The position numbers and the translations under genes were made by a program. Below the pieces are notes generated by a model. The model saw only the letters and a program-made list of their open reading frames with translations. It was not told the origin of the DNA and ran no database searches. 64,000 nt of DNA from Octopus vulgaris (lineage: Eukaryota), in NCBI GenBank assembly GCA_951406725.2, contig OX597823.1:20894001-20958000 (forward strand), written 5' to 3'. Within the stretch, counting starts at the first letter, position 1, and each line of letters begins with the position of its first letter. This document shows, piece by piece, positions 26,117-41,537 of this stretch.

Positions 26117-26835
26117 CCTTTCTTTATTGGCCACAAGAGCCGAACACAAAAACATATTGGGACCGTAAAAAACAAGGGACACATAGGGTTTAAAGCAGAA
26201 AACGTGTAAACAATAAATAGCAAAAATAATTGAAAAAAATATCTAACAACATTTCTCAATAAGTAGAGTTTCACCCATGGCCAAAGAGGGTACCCCACAC
26301 ACGCTGGTTACCCCGAATGCCAAGGGCACGCCAGGTGGGCCCCCTCAAGCCCTCAACTGCTCCGGCTTACAAACGAATATTTAGGTTAAGCGCATTCACG
26401 CGAGTCATTTTCGCGACATTCTCCCAACTTTCAACAAACTTACTCGTAGAGGGTGCAGTACTTCACTTTCTAATCTCACTTTCCTTTTTAAGTGGAACTT
26501 GAAAAAATTTATGAGGGCTCGGCCGAAGAGGAAAGAGTCTTTCTTCAGTCCTTTCAACCTCGTTCACCACACTACCTCTTTCGCTATAGCCACTAGGTGG
26601 AAGAAAACTGCCTTTCCCTCCAGGTCAAAAGAAGGCTGCGGGGCGATCCTCACAATTCACACTGGAATCGGCTGATAAACAGGATCTGCACTACCTGTGA
26701 TGACAGTGGTTCGACAAAACTCCACAAATCAATAATGCACGGACACTGGACATCCTCGACAGGCCCATCTGACAGCACCCCCGTGTCTGTAGAACTTGTC
26801 TCTATCCGTCAGAACTCCCAAGTAGCACTGGGGCC
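26117..26835 (-). mobile_element. 3' end of a Tx1/L1-like LINE
   Basis: Minus strand CPCIIDLWSFVE..AKEVVW*TRLKGL..LINFFKFHLKRKVR; 3' end ccaataaagaaa abutting (AAT)n. Confidence 0.6.
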
Positions 26836-26843
26836 TGAATAAT

Positions 26844-27040
26844 CCAGGCCTGAAATTTGTGGGAAGGGGATAAGTCGATTATATTGACCGCCGTATTTGA
26901 CTAGAACTTCATTTATCGACCCCAAAAGGATGAAAAGCACAATCGAAATCTGTAGGATTAGAACTCAGAATGTAGCCTCAGGCGAAATTCCACTAAGAAT
27001 TTTGTCATGTGAGCTAATAATTCTTCCAGCTAACCGCCTT
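26844..27040 (-). mobile_element. SINE family A, diverged
   Basis: atttatcgaccccaaaaggatgaaa core and head remnant. Confidence 0.7.
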
Positions 27041-27071
<31 letters not shown>

Positions 27072-27091
27072 ACAGCAACAACAACAACAGC

Positions 27092-27151
<60 letters not shown>

Positions 27152-27171
27152 AAGAAGAAGAAGAAGAAGAA

Positions 27172-27497
27172 TAGAATGATCTCTGGCTTACCATCCATGC
27201 AGGAAGTGCAAGAGATTGTTTTGACTGGTATTCAACATCTACTGAAGAGAGTAGATGTCTCTGAGAATTTTCTTTCCTTCTTTTCCCTATAATTTTCTTT
27301 GTATAATTTATATATTTTAATTTTTATTTTTTCACTTTTCTCTCAGCTTTCTTCTCCCCTTTTTCTCTGTTATATGACTTAGTAAATGAACCATCTGGTG
27401 TCTTTATCTTAATGTCCTACCAATGTATACAGTGAGTACCTCTGCCCTAGGTTCTCAGTGAGACACACAGCAAGAAAGGGAAACAGAACTAGAAGAA
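27172..27497 (+). mobile_element. Extreme 3' end of an R4/Dong-like LINE
   Basis: GLPSMQEVQEIVLTGIQHLLKRV matches the QK-A-L-GT-HILRR end; flanked by trinucleotide arrays. Confidence 0.6.
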
Positions 27498-27567
27498 GAT
27501 GATGATAATGATCATAATAATAATAACAACAGCAACAACAATAATGGTAATAATAATAATAATAATA

Positions 27568-29112
<1,545 letters not shown>

Positions 29113-29131
29113 AATAATAATAATAATAATG

Positions 29132-29189
<58 letters not shown>

Positions 29190-29229
29190 TGATGATAATA
29201 ATAATAATAATAATAAGAATAAGAAGAAT

Positions 29230-30215
29230 TAATATAAACTCCTACGTATGTAATAGTGAAGAAAGTTTATTAAAAGCTGTTAGGGTCACAGCAAGATATA
29301 GAGAAACCAAAAATCCAAACGAATTTAAAAGTCAGAGAAAAGAACAGATATTATCTGACTGGCAAGATAAATCGTTACATGATAGATTCCCAAAGATAGT
29401 TGCAGCAAATAGTAGAAGTGAGACCTGGCTTTGGTTGCTGAAAGGGAAGAGGGAGACAGAAAGTCTGTTAGTAGGTGCACAAGATGAAGCATTAAGGGGT
29501 AATTGAATAAAAGCCAAGAGCGACAAAAATCAAGTAGATTCCCAATGTAGATTATGCAAATCAAAAGAGGAAAGCGTTACTCACATAGTAAGTGAATGTT
29601 GTAAGCTGGCGCAGAAAGAATACAAGAAAAGGCATGACAATCTAGGGACGGTGATCCATTGGGAGTTATGTAGAAAGCTAGGATTTGAACATGCTGATAA
29701 ATGGTATGAACATGAACCTAGTAAATTACTAGAAGGTAAGAAATATATGAGGTTGTGGGACGTTAACATTCAGACTGACAGAGTAATAGAAGGTAGAGGG
29801 CCTGATTTGGTAGTACTAGATAAAGAGAATAGAAAGTGCCAGATAATTGACTCTACAGACCCAAATGATGAAAAAAATTAATATGTGAGGTATAGAAAAA
29901 TAGCAAAGTGCCAGGACCTAGCCATTGAATTACAGAGACTATGGAAAGGGCGGGTAAAATGTATCCCAATCGTTCTATGTGCACGAGGAACTATACCTAT
30001 ATGTCTGAAGAGATGGATTGAGGAAATAGGCATAAAATCCAGTTTAGTACAGCTGCAGAAAATTGTGTTATTGGAGACAGCTAGGATACTTAGGAGGGTT
30101 CTTGGCAACTAAACTTACTTGCTGTAAACCTGTAGGTCGATTCTTGACATCTAAGGCTAACTGTTGTAACAAAAGCAAAGTTAACCAACCACCAAGTTAA
30201 ATATAAAAGTAATAA
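29230..30215 (+). mobile_element. Second, distinct 5'-truncated R4/Dong-clade LINE
   Basis: WQDKSLH, AQDEAL, CRLC..HIVSEC, RHDN, LWDVNIQTD..GPDLVVLD, LQKIVLLETARILRRVL; follows (TAA)n. Confidence 0.85.
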
Positions 30216-31309
30216 AGATATATTAGTGAACATACAAGCATACAAAAACAGAGAATAAAAAATAACATTTCCACAGAAAACTTTGCGTAATACCAATACG
30301 TTTAACATCATCAAGAATACCAGGCATTTATGTCTGGCTTTAGAATAGCGTGAGAATACTGTCGTATAATTTTCTATGTTGAGAAGCAGAATGTTCCTCA
30401 GCATGCAAAGTCTTACTAGAACATCGATTCCGTAGCAAAGATGTTGATCATCAGACTGGGATCACTATTCTACAATCAGCCGCAGTCGATTCAGAGAAGA
30501 AAGTTGTAATATATTTCTATCGTGCAAGCTTTATTTGCCAAAGGAAAAAAGAGCAGCAGAGGGCCTCGGGCAGATGTTTTAAGTGAAATTTCATAAATTG
30601 GAGATTTCCTGAATTGGGAGAGAGACTGAGGAGAGAGCAAATGACACTCTATGCGTCATCTTCTAAACAGAAAACGAGGCATAAATACAGTCCAAATTGT
30701 ACGCGATGCGCCTGTCCACAAACTGGTTCCGCAATATTTGGGAAAGAACAAAGCAGGGGCTATTGCCTAGGACGTCGGCAAATGATACTGAGTCCTGGTT
30801 TGTTGTCACCCTATTGGAGCAAATTGAGCAGCTGGTCAATGCAGATATAATATTTAGCGATATGTGATCGGTAGGAATAACTATAGAAGTACAAGTTGTA
30901 ATGATACTACAAGACCACAGACAATATCCGAATTACGTCTTGTAAAGGATGACAAAAGGAACCCGTTTCTTTGTTATTCAAAATGAACTGTTCGGCTGTT
31001 ACATATGTGGTAGCAAAACCGATCTGAATGCTGTTCGTATGTAGATCCTTGAAATAAACAAAACAAAATGAAATCATAGAAGCTAAGAAGCAAATTATTC
31101 TGAGTCAACACCAAGCACAACTTGTGAGTCGCCAAATTAAATTGCCCCGCTTCCATTAACAGGAATGAACCACGAGACTTAAATTCTTTCTTTCCTAGAC
31201 ATAATCATTAAAGACATGGACAGTCGACGGCAGAAAAAGCTAGAAAAGCACAACAACTAGGAAATACCCACTCAAAGCGCATCACTCCATCCACTTACAA
31301 AGATAAGTG

Positions 31310-31341
<32 letters not shown>

Positions 31342-31783
31342 CATATATGCATACATACACACAAACACACATAGTGGTGGCAGTTATTACAAGGGAGATA
31401 CTCCTTTACTCAGAATATCTGGTGGGATTAGATGTTTGAATTTGAAATAAAGAAATTATTCAGAAATTATACGGAGAAAGATGCACAGAATTTCACATAT
31501 TTAATGAATTGGAATTCTATACAGAAAGTGTGTGTATGTGTGTGTATGAGAAAGAGAGAGAGAGAGAGGCGGGGAGAATATGAATTGCACAGAAGGTCGA
31601 CATGGGAAAAACAGACTGAAAACAAGTAACATGCTCATCCCTCGTCATTTATCCTTACAATCTTCCCAATCCTCACAATTTCGCGCCATTATCGGCTATT
31701 ACTCATTTTCGTGTCGTCAACAGCAGAACGCTGCTGACATAATTGACGAGACATAGAAAACTGTGAAGAAAACATTAACAAAT

Positions 31784-32268
31784 GCGCAGGAATGGCTGTG
31801 TGGTAAGTAGCTTGCTTACCAACCACATGGCTCTGGGTTCAGTCCCTCTGCATGGCACCTTGGGAGAGTGTCTTTTTATAGCCTCGGGTCAACCAAACCT
31901 TGTGAGTGGATTTCGTAGACGGAAACTGAAAGAAGCCCGTCGTATATATGTATATATGTGTATGTATGTATGTATGTATGTATGTATGTATGTATGTATG
32001 TATGTATGTATGTATGTATGTATGTATGTATGTATGTATGTATGTATGTGTGTATATGTTTCTGTGTCTGTGTTTGTCCATCAACATCGCTTGACAATGG
32101 ATGCTGGTGTGTCTACGTCCCCGTAACTTAGCGTTTCGGGAAAAGAGACCGATAGTATAAGTACTAGGCTTACGGAGAATAAGTCGTGGGGTCGACTTCT
32201 TCGACTATCGGCGGTGCTCCAGCATGGCCACTGTCAAATGACTGAAACAAGTAAAAGAGTAAAAGAAA
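31784..32268 (+). mobile_element. SINE family B with internal (TATG)n
   Basis: Homologous to 7128-7570. Confidence 0.85.
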
Positions 32269-32282
32269 TTATAAACGATGGG

Positions 32283-32666
32283 GAAGCACTCCGTCGGTTA
32301 CGACGACGAGGGTTCCGGTTGATCCGAATCAACGGAACAGCCTGCTCGTGAAATTAATGTGTAAGTGGCTGAGCACTCCACAGACACGTGTACCCTTAAC
32401 GTAGTTCTCGGGGATATTCAGCGTGACACAGAGAGTGACAAGGCTGGCCCTTTGAAATACAGGTACAACGGAAACAGGAAGTAAGAGTGAGAGAAAGTTG
32501 TGGTGAAAGAGTACAGCAGGGATCACTACCATCCCCTGCCGGAGCCTCGTGGAGCTTTAGGTGTTTTCGCTCAATAAACACTCACAACTTCCGGTCTGGG
32601 AATCGAAACCGCGATTCTATGACCGCGAGTCCGCTGCCCTAACCACTGGACCATTGCCCCTCCACG
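32283..32666 (-). mobile_element. SINE family C, tail type 2
   Basis: Homologous to 43901-44285; TSD ataaacgatg. Confidence 0.9.
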
Positions 32667-33306
32667 ATAAACGATGACAGAATAAAGACAAGGCATAATA
32701 GTAATGGAAAACGACACAGGTCGTTTATATAAATAAATACACACAAATAAAGGCCTTTCGGCTATGAGATGGCATTAAGACATGACATGCGCTGAAGTAA
32801 TGCTAATGGAAAAGGATGTCCTGCAAGCCTTCAAAGACAAAGTAGAGAGATTGAATGATAGAAAGAAGTGTGGACAGATAGAAAGAAATAGATAGAACGG
32901 TAAAACGCGAAGTCGAGATCTATGACTAATCTGGGGCTGTGAGTAAATGTTGAAGTAGGGACCAAGGATGCATGGTTTCAATAGTTAGCTGTAAAGCAGG
33001 GAGGGAAAGGGGGAGATGAGAAACAGGATGGTCACATGGTACCGAAAGTGGGAGGAGAGTGAAAGAGGGAAAATCGGTAATGAAGAGTAAAGAGATATAC
33101 GGAGAGTGGCGGCGAGGAAAGAATCGTACGAAGAAGATGAGTTTGGAAAGTTGAAACGAAAGGATTGGATAAGTTTAGGAAATAACAGATACAATGAAAG
33201 AGGGAGTGTGGAGAGAGAGCGAGAGGGACAGAAAGAGGCAGAGGAGAAAGGAAGGACGATACGTAATTGGCAGGGTTTGAGAGGAAGAAATTGAAGCTAA
33301 GAAAGA

Positions 33307-33337
<31 letters not shown>

Positions 33338-33342
33338 TAGAC

Positions 33343-33414
<72 letters not shown>
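33307..33414 (+). repeat. (GACA)n(GATA)n microsatellite followed by a short minus-strand LINE-like 3' end
   Basis: Read directly; tttctttattggccaca at ~33418 matches the end at 26119. Confidence 0.9.
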
Positions 33415-33416
<2 letters not shown>

Positions 33417-34119
33417 GTTTCTTTATTGGCCACACAGGGCTGCACACAGATGGCACAAGTTACAAGGTAGAGCTTTTCTTCTGGGGGAGAAAAAAAAGGT
33501 GGCGTAGGTTTTCGATCAAAAGGGATCGTAAAAATGAAAAAAGAACAAAAAAAAAAGAAAAAAAGAAAAAAAGGGAAAGAAAAAAAGAAAAAAAGAGATT
33601 GATAGAAAGAGATATATAGATAGATATATAGATAGATAATTAGGCATGTAGTTAGGTAGTTAATTAGTTAGTTAGTTAGGTAAGTAGGTAGGTAGGTAGG
33701 TAGAGATAGAAGCGATTGTGAATAGAAAGAAAGGGATTAAAGGAGGGGTGCGCAGAACAAGAGAGAAGAAGGATGGAGGGATGACAAAGTGAAAATGAGA
33801 GAGAGAAAAAGCAATAAAGAGGTAATGTGATAATACAAAATTAGACCGAAAGGAGAGACAGAGAGGAGAGAAATAAAGGAGAGAACCAGATAAGAGGCCG
33901 CAACAAATATTAATCCATGTATGGAGAGTCACTGAAAAGGTTAACAAAATGGAGTGTTGTATGGTGTAAATAATAAAAGTAAAAACAAGTATACGGCATG
34001 ACGACACAGAAAATCACACAGAATACGTAGATACGGTCATTATTCATCGGGTATCGCACCATTACAAATGAGATTTTTTTTATTATGTATAAATATGCAT
34101 GTATATTCATCATGTCTTC

Positions 34120-34188
<69 letters not shown>

Positions 34189-34269
34189 GAAGGACTCGCC
34201 CATCGTCAGACGACGTATTCGTATCTTTTTGCAACTTCTTGTGTAATTTATTTACACATTTTTTAAATT

Positions 34270-36300
34270 ATGTCTTCCTGTGAAAACACAGGCAAGAGCC
34301 CCCGTATCAACAGTTTCAATGAGATGTACCAAGAATTAATCCCAGCACTTCTCTGTCACGAACATGATGAGGCGAACCCAGAAAAATTAAACGAGAAATA
34401 TACAACAAATTCTACAAAGGGCAGCCCAACGTGCAACAATGAAAAAGAATTAATTGACAAAGAAAATGAAGTATGCAAACCAAACTGATGGGGTTTCACG
34501 TCGGTTGCAACTATAAACCAGGAAAACCTAAAGATTAACCAGACAGATCTAGAAAAGTATAAAAGCTTTGCAAAGCCTGAAGGGAACAATATAAACATAA
34601 ATCCACCCGGTGACCTAATTCAACAAACAGCTATAAAAACAGTATTTAAAACTCCTTCACTAAAAACGGAAAAAAGTGGAACATATGACAAAGGAAACAA
34701 TAGAAAAGTGCCTGCAGCCCATATGGGGCAACACCAAATACGTAGCAAGAGGAAAGAGATACGGTACTGAGGAGGTGGGGTTCGCTTCAGAGGAAGAAGA
34801 AGCAAAGGAACACACCACAGTGCCTTTGAAAACCAATGAACTGGCGCTACTGTCCACTTTTATGGGTAAACGCACGTCTAAAATAAAAACTGGGGAGTTC
34901 CCATCAAAAACTGACGTAATGTGACTCGTTGTCGCTGTTCTGCTCGATTTGGAAAGTAAAGTTTCCATACTGCAGGTCACTAAACTACACCAAACAAACT
35001 GCTGAGGCCAAGGCCTCGAAATCATCATACAGACCACACGGCAGGATCTCGAGATTATACCAGATTTAATAAATGTAACAGATGGTACAGCCTGCGGCGT
35101 TATGGTGGCGGGTCGAAGGTTCAGATGTTACAAAGGTGATCAAAAGGCTACATTAGAAGCTCTTGCCAATCGGATACCCCAGGAAAGGGCCACCCGCCAC
35201 CAGACGTGCCTCCACGCAACACCAACACCAACCAAATACCACCAACAATCCCCGCCCCGGACACCAAAAAGAGTAAGAGTAGAAAGGATAACACCAACAA
35301 ACAAAATCCCACACCAATCAGCACAAAAAATTAAGACAATCCCACAACAGAACAGGAACGGAAAGAGATGGCTAACGAAATAGAAGGAAAAGAATAAGCT
35401 TTCTCCAATACCCCACCGCCCCACAGACACACACCACAATACAAGCTCCCTACGCACACACCTGAACCTCCTACTCCAGAATCTGTCATCAACATCGGCG
35501 CAATCAATACAAAGACACAATTAATAGAACACATAAGCGAAATTCCTCGCATATCACATTTCAACACGCCCTCCTCACATTTACGAATTCCTGAACACAT
35601 CCAATTAATAAAACGTGACTGTCATTCATATACGGAACTAAAAGAACAATATTCTAATGACATTGGAACATAATTAAATTTTACTAAACACATTTACCGG
35701 AAAGAAGTTACCAGAATGATGTTACCGGCGCGTGTGTTCAGGACTACATGGATGCAAATGGCACGATCGTTGAGCATGAATGCGAGAAACTTGAACGTAA
35801 TACCTATTTCTTTATTACCCACAAGGGGCTAAACACAGAGGGGACAAACAAGGACAGACATAGGTATTAAGTCGATTACATCGACCCCAGTGCGTAACTG
35901 GTACTTAATTTATCGACCCCGAAAGAATGAAAGGCAAAGTCGACCTCGGCGGAATTTGAACTCACAACGTAACGCAGACGAAATACCGCTAAGCATTTCG
36001 CCCGGCGTGCTAACGTTTCTGCCAGCTCGTCGCCTTTGCCAGCTCGTCGCCTTTGCCAGCTCGCCGCCTTGAACGTAATACCGTAAGTCTCCTGTGTGAG
36101 AGCAGTACTGGGTCATATCTTGTGGGGTCTCCATACCCAACATTTCATCTTGTTTTCTCATCATTGTGCCATGTTTAATATTTATTTTATTAATTGTTCT
36201 TCCATCCGCCCATTCAACGCTGTTGTAGACCCCTAATTGTTCGTGTATATCCTGCATTGTCCCTCTGTGTCGGCTCTAATGGCTAATACAGAATTAAATT
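34270..36300 (+). mobile_element. Degenerate Tx1/L1-like element with ORF1-like sequence only
   Basis: YVARGKRYGTEEVGFASEEEA...FMGKRTSKIK and a degenerate CCHC knuckle (GRRFRCYK...) similar to 59787-59999; 3' tail gtccctctgtgtcggctctaatggctaatacagaa; no RT motifs seen. Confidence 0.5.
35805..36068 (-). mobile_element. SINE family A with triplicated 17-bp 5' end
   Basis: TSD ttgaacgtaatacc (35791-35804, 36069-36082); tgccagctcgtcgcctt repeated three times. Confidence 0.9.
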
Positions 36301-36553
36301 TCTTACCGAACAACCACACAGATTATTTGTTTATAGTGATCGAATGTTTGTGTGCAGATAAGCTCATTCCCTCCATCTGATCGACATTACCTGTACAGGT
36401 ACAACGGATGGCACATGTCAGATAAAATAAGCGCACAGCAACGAAAAATGAACTAATTTGCTCAAGAGCACAACGAAATTCCCGGTTTGGGAATCGAACG
36501 CACGATCTCGCAATTGTGAGTGCAACACCTTAACCACTGATCCATGCACCTTC

Positions 36554-36610
<57 letters not shown>

Positions 36611-37876
36611 CCTGGGGCATTCAAATAAGTAATGCCCCTGACCCACTTTCCATAGCAGTAGAGCAACGAAACTTGGCACAGTTATTAGTCTTTTCCGACA
36701 TAGGAACCACCCAGAGTTACGCATTTCTCCCATCGTATGATGGAGCTCTGGAGACCGTTTTTGTAGAAGACTCCAGTTTAGTCTTCCAGCCACGACTTCA
36801 GAAATCAAGGCTGCATCATCTGGGAAACGCTTTCCTTTCAAAAACAACTTCATGGCTGGGAAAAGGTGAAAATCAGAGGGTGCAAGGTCAGGAGAGTAGG
36901 GAGGATGGGGAGGAGTTCATAGCCGCACGCCTGTACTTCTGATCTGGCGACACGCGAGTTGTGGACCGGAAGCGTTGTCCTGCAGGAGGAGGATGCCTTG
37001 CTGATCTTGCCCCGCCTCTTGATTTTGATAGCTTCTCTTAATTTCCTCAAAAGTGAAGCATAATAGGCTCCTGTAATTGTGGTACCCTTTGCCAGGAAAT
37101 CTGTCATCACTACAACGTCCTGGTACCAGAATACTGTGAGCATGACCTTGCCAGCGGAGGGCTTCTTTGTAGGAGGTGAGTCACGGTGCTTCCACTGCAT
37201 TGACTGGGCTTTGGTCTCTGGATCATAGTGATGGACCCAGGTTTCATCCTGCGTAATCAGTCTTTTGAAAAAATTTGACTCATCCTCTTGGCACATCTCC
37301 AAATTCATCCTCGAGCACTCGACGCGATCTTACTTCTGGAAAGGTTTGGGCAACCTGGGAATCCATCTGGCAGACACCTTTTACATATGCAAATGGTCAT
37401 GAATGATAGTTTCCACAGACCCGGTACTAATCTTGACCTCATGGGCTATTTGGCGAATAGTTATGCGTCGATCTTCCAAAATGGCAGCCTCAACTTGACG
37501 GACAGCTGCCTCATCAATGGCAGAAGGGTCGACCAGATCTGGGAGCTGTTTCCACAGAGTTCCGACCATGTTTGAATTCATGATGCCAGCGTTTTACCAG
37601 GTCATATGATGGGGCATCATCACCATGATTTACTTTCATTTCATCAAAAGTCTCCCGTGGTGTGCCTCCTTTCAAATACAAAAACCGGATCTCTGCTCGA
37701 CACTCAACAGGCTCCATTTCACACTTGACTCAGTTCAAACACTTGTAAATCAAAAACCACAAGAGCTGTAATTTGCTACTTAATCTATAGAGATATAAGT
37801 AATTGCACATGCAAAGTTTCAGCTAGATCAAACAGCTGTAAGTGGGTCAGGGGCATTAATTATTGAACGTCCCTCG
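36611..37876 (-). mobile_element. Full-length mariner DNA transposon
   Basis: TIRs containing taatgcccctgacccactt at both ends, TA flanks, ~1.27 kb. Confidence 0.92.
36685..37717 (-). pseudogene. Mariner transposase, frameshifted
   Basis: ORFs 37514-37717, 37381-37581 and 36850-37308: WIPR, ITQDETWVHHYDPE, GKVMLTVFW, YSPDLAPSDFHL, ending YVGKD*. Confidence 0.92.
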
Positions 37877-38157
37877 TAATACTAATCGACCTCACCAGTA
37901 CCTATACTCTTTTTAAGCCTTGACCTTATGCTATCGGTATCTTTTGCCAAATCACTAAGTTACGGATACGTAAATACACCTACATAATTTGTCAAGTGGG
38001 GTTAAACACAGGCACAGACCCCCACCCCCATATATATGTATATACAACACATTATATACATATGGTATATCTATATATATATACATTAATTGCAGTATAA
38101 CTATATAACTGAAGAGATACATTTCAGTTCGGTAATTAACACACATACACACAATGA

Positions 38158-38264
<107 letters not shown>

Positions 38265-39110
38265 ACACTCTGTCTTTCTTTCTCGCGCTCTCTGAGTGCA
38301 AAGATAAAGATTTATCTATTAATCAATTTTATATAATAATTAATCAATTAAACTACAGCTGTTTAGACTGAAGGTCACCCAAGGCAAAGCCATTCCGTTG
38401 TAATATGAATGTTGCTATATGTATGTGTGCATCTGTGTGTACGTATATAAGTGTGTGTATGTGTGTGTGTGCGTGTGTACGTGTATCTATGTTTATATGC
38501 ACGTGTCCATATACACTAGAAAATGTCTCTGCTTTAAACGTAACATTGTGCAGTAATTATTATTAAAGAGATTTCATATTTTTTCTTTAGTATTTTATGT
38601 TTAGTTTGGAGAAATAACGATTCTAAATCCATTAACCCTTGTAGATCTCGTGTCCATAATCTGAATAAAACGAAAGTAATGGCATACGACATAGTAACGA
38701 CACCTAAGTGCTCTCGTTTCATTGAGGACCATAAGTTTTTGAAAGGTTAATGGATATAGGAAAGTTATTGTAGAAAATAAACATAGGGGAGTAATGAGAA
38801 AATATGACAAGATTTCTCAGAAATATAGCAACATGAACTTAGTTGAATTTATTTAATGAATACATACATATGAGGATGCATGTATGTTTGTGTATGTGTG
38901 TGTGTGTGGCGGTGTATATGTTTTGTGTTAAGATCATGGAATAAAGCTTTGCACGGAGGAACCGTTGATGATTTGCATTGAAATGCACGATGAACAATCA
39001 CTGCAGAAGTTGCAAATAGCCACAACAGTGAAACGTGCGCAGAGAGGAAAATGACATGAACATCATATTGTGTTTATTATGTTTTCAAAAAGGCGCGCAT
39101 ACATGTACAA

Positions 39111-39229
<119 letters not shown>

Positions 39230-39299
39230 TGTGTGTATGTGTGTGTGAATTTATATTTACATGTATGTATATATATATATATATATATGCATATATGTG

Positions 39300-39341
<42 letters not shown>

Positions 39342-39345
<4 letters not shown>

Positions 39346-39903
39346 CGCATATTTGCCATTTGAATATGGCTAACCCCTAAGGGTAGATGCTACTGTAGTT
39401 TGTAGCCCCAGGAAGATACCTCCTCCAGCTGGCTATAGACACACTTTCTGTGCCCTATCAGTATTTGTGAAGGGAACTCATCCTTCCCGTCTTCAACTTA
39501 CGATACACTCGGACTCGAGTTTCAAGGTATTGACCCATCATCGGCGTGTGACAGTCATAGTTGTCGACGAGAATTCAGTTTCCCTCACAAATACATATAC
39601 TTTTTCCAGTGTCGATTGACACTGATATTGAAAAAGTGAAATCAAACAATGATAAATCTCAGAGCGAGTTATAAACAGTAGCGGTAACACATCGTGACGC
39701 ATAAGTGTGTATCATAAGTTGAAGACGGGAAGGATGACTTCCCTTCACAAATGCTGATAGGGCACAGAAAGTGTGTCTATAGCCAGCTGGAGGAGGTATC
39801 ATCCTGGGGCTACAAACTACAGTAGCAGCCATATTCAAATGGCAAATATGCGTCACGATGTGTTACCGCTACTGTTTATAACTCGCTCTGAGATTTATCA
39901 TTG

Positions 39904-39905
<2 letters not shown>
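39342..39905. mobile_element. Fold-back PLE-type/retrozyme-like element with degenerate HHR
   Basis: 352-bp unit bounded by gtgacgcata (39342, 39694), then an inverted partial copy; minus-strand ccgatga-t-gggtcaatacct-t-gaaa-ctcgag-tc at ~39505-39549. Confidence 0.7.
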
Positions 39906-39946
<41 letters not shown>

Positions 39947-40047
39947 CAGAGATAACCCAAACATGAAAAACAAAGAGACAACACAACAACGCAGGACGTG
40001 AAACTAATATAGTGTTATTGGACGCTCAGGAAAGGAAAGAAAGAAGG

Positions 40048-40082
40048 ATTTAACGTTTCGAGCGGAGCTCTTCGTCAGAAAC
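40048..40082 (-). ncRNA. Minimal type I hammerhead motif
   Basis: gttt CTGACGA a gagc-tcc-gctc GAAA cg t t aaat. Confidence 0.65.
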
Positions 40083-40173
40083 ATAGGAAAAGGAAAGATC
40101 CAAGGAAGAGAAAATGGAGGAAAAGAATCGCCAATGATACATACGCGGTCACATATTGATATTTATATATCTG

Positions 40174-40240
<67 letters not shown>

Positions 40241-40576
40241 ATATATATATAATGATAGATATTGTAATTTAGAGTATCTAAGTATCGAAGAACTACCTCC
40301 ACGCTGGAAATAGCAGTCAAAACTGGGCGCTAAAACCACATTAAATGTTCATACAGCAATAGGAGAGAATTACTGTATAAACATTTAATGTGGTGTTAGA
40401 GTCAAGTTTTGGCTGCTATTTCCAGCGTGGTGGTATCTCTTAGATACCCTAAATTATAATTTTGATAATAATTATTGCTTTTGAATGTTTTTAATCCCAT
40501 GCTGGCCATTTGATAAGATCGATAATTAAAGTAACGATCTTATCCTTATTTATATAATGATAGATAGATAGGTAGG

Positions 40577-40670
<94 letters not shown>

Positions 40671-40761
40671 CAGTTATATAAATATCAATATGTGACCGCG
40701 TATGTATCATTGGCGATTCTTTTCCTCCATTTTCTCTTCCTTCGATCTTTCCTTTTCCTAT

Positions 40762-40796
40762 GTTTCTGACGAAGAGCTCCGCTCGAAACGTTAAAT
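40762..40796 (+). ncRNA. Minimal type I hammerhead motif
   Basis: gttt CTGACGA a gagc-tcc-gctc GAAA cg t t aaat; same motif as 40048-40082. Confidence 0.65.
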
Positions 40797-40901
40797 CTTT
40801 CTTTCTTTCCTTTCCTGAGCGTCCAATAACACTATACTTGTTCCACGTCCTCGCATTGTTGTGTTTTCTCTTTGTGTTTTCATATATATATGTGTTTTCA
40901 C

Positions 40902-40932
<31 letters not shown>

Positions 40933-41051
40933 TATTATATTTCATTAGGATGTAATGTTATCCTCTTGACGGGATGATTTCATCCAAGGAAATGCTGGTT
41001 CTATACCTAGTATTTTGTGGGAATGAATATCCTTAAAATGTATATAAAAAC

Positions 41052-41205
41052 ATATAGTTTATATTCATATAAAAGAAGAAAATGGAGATTGGAAGTTAAT
41101 AATTGTTTATTATTAACAACAAATTGGCCTTCTTCACTTCTTTGTCGTTAATAACAAACAATTATTAACTTCCCAATATCCGATTTCTTCTTTTAAACGA
41201 ATACA

Positions 41206-41212
<7 letters not shown>
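41052..41212. repeat. Imperfect hairpin with ~70-bp arms
   Basis: aaaagaagaaa..ggaagttaataattgttt versus aaacaattattaacttcc..tttcttctttt. Confidence 0.85.
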
Positions 41213-41278
<66 letters not shown>

Positions 41279-41537
41279 CACATATAGATATTTTAAAATT
41301 GTCGAGAGAAAGATATTTCAATCATTATATAAATATATTATCTTTCTCTCTCTCTCTCTTTGTATATATATATATATATATTCAGTTGAGGGAAGAAAAT
41401 GGAGATCGGATATTTAATAACTCTTTGTTATTAAAAACAAATAATTGAAGATATATATCATCGAAGAAATTCGAGCGAACAAGAAGGCTTACGGTTGCAC
41501 ATTAGTTTTAAATCGCTACAATTATTTCGAAATATAT

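Larger units (their letters stand above)
39963..40883. mobile_element. Nested fold-back: ~215-bp inverted HHR-bearing arms around microsatellites and an inner hairpin
   Basis: 39963-40177 is the reverse complement of 40667-40883; (CTAT)n vs (GATA)n; inner inverted repeat 40261-40460. Confidence 0.85.
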
